From Psammoneis japonica (taxonomy: Eukaryota): a DNA stretch of 64,000 nt. Where the stretch lies: NCBI GenBank assembly GCA_008632985.1, contig QPGO01000074.1:1-64000 (forward strand), given 5' to 3'. A program made the position numbers and the translations under genes. This document shows, piece after piece, positions 60,586 through 64,000 of the stretch (position 1 is its first letter; every line of letters starts with the position of its first letter). The notes under the pieces were generated by a model, which ran no database searches, had not been told where the DNA came from, and worked only from the letters and a program-made list of their open reading frames with translations.

Positions 60586-62950
60586 ATGGCTTTTGACACT
60601 GTCGACGTGGCGCAGGACACCTCCGCTGCAGCTTCCCATTGTTTGCAGGAAGAACTTTTGTTCAGTCCATTGTGGATGCGCAACAGCAGCAAAATGCAGG
60701 TCAAGGGGCCCAAAACGCCCCAAATGCCAACGACCCGGCTCCACCGCAAGGAGGAGCTGCAGCAGCCGCTGCGGCGGTCCCAAACGCTCCGCCACCGCCT
60801 CCGCCTCAAGTTCCGGTGCCTCCGTTGGCACTGCAAGCAGCAGGAGCCTTTGCACAGCCACCGCCACCGGGTGCCCAAGCTGTGCCGGCGGCGCCGCCGG
60901 TCATTTCGACTTGTCGTGATTTTTACCTTGCTGCCGCTGACGACCCACATCGGGGGGCATGCAACGATTCGATGCTGGATTTCGTGGTCCCGGTTCAGGG
61001 ACCTTCCAGATGCAACCCCGGAATGCCACATGGGCAGGTTGCAGTGGCGTCAAGTCATGATCAGCCGATGGCAGTCATCACACACTGTCGAGAGGCTGGT
61101 GCAGCGGACGAAGGACAGATTCAAGTCCTCCACCGCATCACCACTTATCCGACAACCGTGGTTGGGCCCGCCGAACCGTGGGATGGTGAGACGCATGCAA
61201 CAGCGGGTGATCCAACCCATGGACAGTTCACTCTGGTCGAATTTGGAGACGACTCGTTCAACCCAGCACAGCAGGGGACTGGGGTGCCGACTCATGCTGC
61301 ACTCCTGGAGCATGTCACCAACAATGCGGACAGCCTGCATCCGCATCTGGCTGAGAATGCACAAAATTCGGAGGTCGTGCGAACTGGGAATGCAGTGCAT
61401 GTGCCATTTGAGTTTGTGCCACTCTTGTTGGCACAACCCTTGTGCCCAAAACAAGCCCATCAGCGGGTGCACGGCGCCGCCACAGCAGCTGGCAAAGTGG
61501 CTGCCATTCGACCACTGCTCGATTTTCTTCGCGTCGCCTGCTGTGCCATTGCCAACAACCAAATGGTGTCTGTTGTGACACGACCTTGGCCTGTCATGAC
61601 ACGCCCCCCCAATGAAGCCCTCATTCAATTCTTCGATGCCAAGATGTCGCGTGACATCCCTGGGAGACTGGGCCATGCGCCACCCACTGCGCAGCACTTC
61701 CAGCCGGTCATGCAAGCCATTGAAGGGCTCACCACTGAGCAACGCCAACTTCGACTTGATGCTGCAGCACGTCAGCAAGCGGCTGCCCGGGGCAAGGCAC
61801 CCAACAAATTTTGGGGACCTTTCGGTGTCACCAAGCTTGTGAATTGGTGCCACGTCCTCAACAAGACGGCACTGCCGCCTGTGTGGGCCGCACTTGCCGC
61901 AGCGCCAAAGACAGGTCACCTGGCAGTTGTCCAAAATGCAATTGACGAGCAACGCCAGGCAATGGCCATCCATTTCGACGCACCTGTTGCCGTCAGTCTC
62001 GTCACCAAGCTCGCACAGCTCAAATTTGCTGGTCACAATCAGGACAAGCCTGCCCAAGGCATCACCCTCTTCCAATTTGGGATCACTGCACCAGACAGCG
62101 CCGAACAGATTGCCTGCCACAAGGCCATGCATGTGCACATTCATGGCGGCACTGCGGCCCCGTCCCTCCAGGACACTCAAATCCTGGAAGCTCCAGACAA
62201 GGCGCTCATGGCAACGACAATGCAAGCCGCCCAGCAGTCACACGATGGATGCCATCTGGTGCTTTCTGCTTTGCTTGGGGCCAACCATCCAGTCGTCCAG
62301 TGGCTCACCCGTCAACGTCAAGACATGGACCGGTGCACCAATGAATTGGCAGTGCAGGCCACTTGGCACCCAAACCTTCCGGCGGACTTTCAACGCTGTG
62401 CGCAGATTGAAGTTCGCCATTGGTTCAAGGCTCAAGAAGCCTCACTCCACCCGTCACCATTCGCACCCTTCAACGTTGTGTTTGAAGCAGCTAAAGGAAT
62501 CATCCACTGGCGTCCGCATTTGCCTGCCAACACGCAAGCTGCCAACCCCAGTTCTGTGCTGGGGGCCGCACCGGCTCCAGCATCTCAACGCCAACCTGCC
62601 AACAACACGGCCCCTGCCAGCCAAGCTGCAGGAAGCAACAGCGCAGCCCGCAATCCCTCCTGCGACAACCGCTTTGCCACGCTCCGTGACCGCCCCAACG
62701 TCAGGTCACGTGATGTCAAAAACTGATGTGCAAGGGACAACATCGACCTCCCCAAAGATGCCCAAGGTCGCCCTCGTTGCTTCCCCTGCCATTGCAAAGG
62801 GCAATGCAACACCAACTGTGGCTTGTCCCATGATCATCGCAATGACCACACAGAAGACGAGCAGGCCACCCTTCTCACCTGGGGTGAGGAGAACTGGAAG
62901 ACCGAACAGGTCTTTGGCAACGGCCCAAGTTCGGGGACTTGGAGCCAAGA
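60586..62950 (+). mobile_element. gag-like ORF1, probably of a tyrosine-recombinase (DIRS/Ngaro-like) retroelement, truncated
   Basis: 695-aa ORF continues past TGA(62724) into the terminal knuckle CFPCHCKGQCNTNCGLSHDH; no pol follows. Family call is from memory. Confidence 0.5.
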
Positions 62951-62980
62951 GCCTTCACCCATCACACATGGCATGAGACC

Positions 62981-64000
62981 ATGATGGCAGCTGGGACGAC
63001 CAAAAGTGATGAGTGGCTTGCTCCAATCAAGGGTCGTCTTCAAGAAACAGCAGGAGGAGACAAGTGGGAGGAGGAGCGTTGGACAGATTTCATTGAGGAA
63101 GCATTGTGGTCCCTGCACGAGAATGATGTCGTTGACGGAGACACGATTCGCACCGCCGAGGGCCTTGTCAAGTGCGGAGTACGAACCAAGAAGCATCTGA
63201 TTGCAATGGCCGGAAAGCCTCCCGACGATGAAAAATTGTCGAGAAAGCTTGAGGCGAAAGGCGTGTCTCTCATCATCTGTGCCATGTTGTTCAATGAGCA
63301 CGTCCATGTGAATCGAGATGGAAAGTCTGACTGCTGGCATTGTGCATGTTGAACATGAGTCAAACATGCTGAACTGTTGCTTGCACTTCTGTCCCAAACT
63401 AATGCTTCTTGTCAGTGGTGCAAGAAAACATGTTTCGTTGTTAGATGATTTTATTCAACCTTTCTCATTTTCAATTTTGGTTTGTTCTTAGACTTTCATG
63501 TCGAAGGCTCATCGAGTGCTGTTGAGGGACTCACACTTGAGCCCAAGCAAGAGCTCCATGATCCGACCAAGGATCGCAGCACAACATCTGTGCCAGATTT
63601 TTTCACGCCCACAAAGAGCAACAAGCCCAGGGACATGTTGCTGAATCGCCTTTTGGAATTAGAAGGAAAAGGAGATGGAAAACAAACACCTGATGTCGCT
63701 CCCTTTCTTGCCATTGTTCAATCGAGTGGTTGCGGGAAGACCCGATCAGTTCTGGAGCTAGCTGAGGAACAAAGAGTTGTGCACTTGCTTTGTTCTAACA
63801 TCAAGGGAGGTCTGCACTCTCCAAAGGTTGTCACTGATTTTATCAAAAACATCAAAAAGGCCGGTGCAACCGAATTTCGTGAACGACGAGCTGCCACATT
63901 TCTTCAATGTGTCAAGAAGTGCTCCGGCAAGTGCAATGCAGGACAAGAGTTGTTCTCCGCTCAATTTGAGGACGGGAGATTCGCCAATTTCTACGACGAG
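62981..64000 (+). pseudogene. Crinkler-like P-loop NTPase gene, partly TpA-converted, runs off the window
   Basis: Frame open from about 63492 to the end: APFLAIVQSSGCGKTRSVLEL...RVVHLLC (Walker A at about 63720-63745); upstream exon-like ORF at 62981-63320. Confidence 0.6.

Overview
Eukaryotic nuclear DNA, most consistent with a diatom: short GT-AG introns, EFL, CoDi-type copia gag and a diatom-type 7TM receptor. Ordinary genes alternate with blocks of decayed transposons. Genes: 4Fe-4S/EF-hand membrane protein, a tandem array of an unknown two-TM gene, a GPCR-like gene, GNAT, HROB-like, two secreted proteins sharing a C-terminal domain, an REase-kinase, EFL, two Sec61-gamma paralogues. Main signal: inside most TE blocks the dinucleotide TpA is almost erased and replaced by TpG or CpA, the reverse of fungal RIP. 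This is visible directly between the two LTRs of one insertion, among units of a 42-bp array, and as Tyr->Cys/His in conserved motifs. It is separable from CpG decay, appears context dependent, and spares young elements and a near-identical tandem gene array. Second highlight: a 612-bp TRIM with identical LTRs and a tRNA-like A-box/B-box pair split across the LTR/PBS junction. All counts and alignments were done by eye, and family assignments rest on remembered motifs, not database searches.
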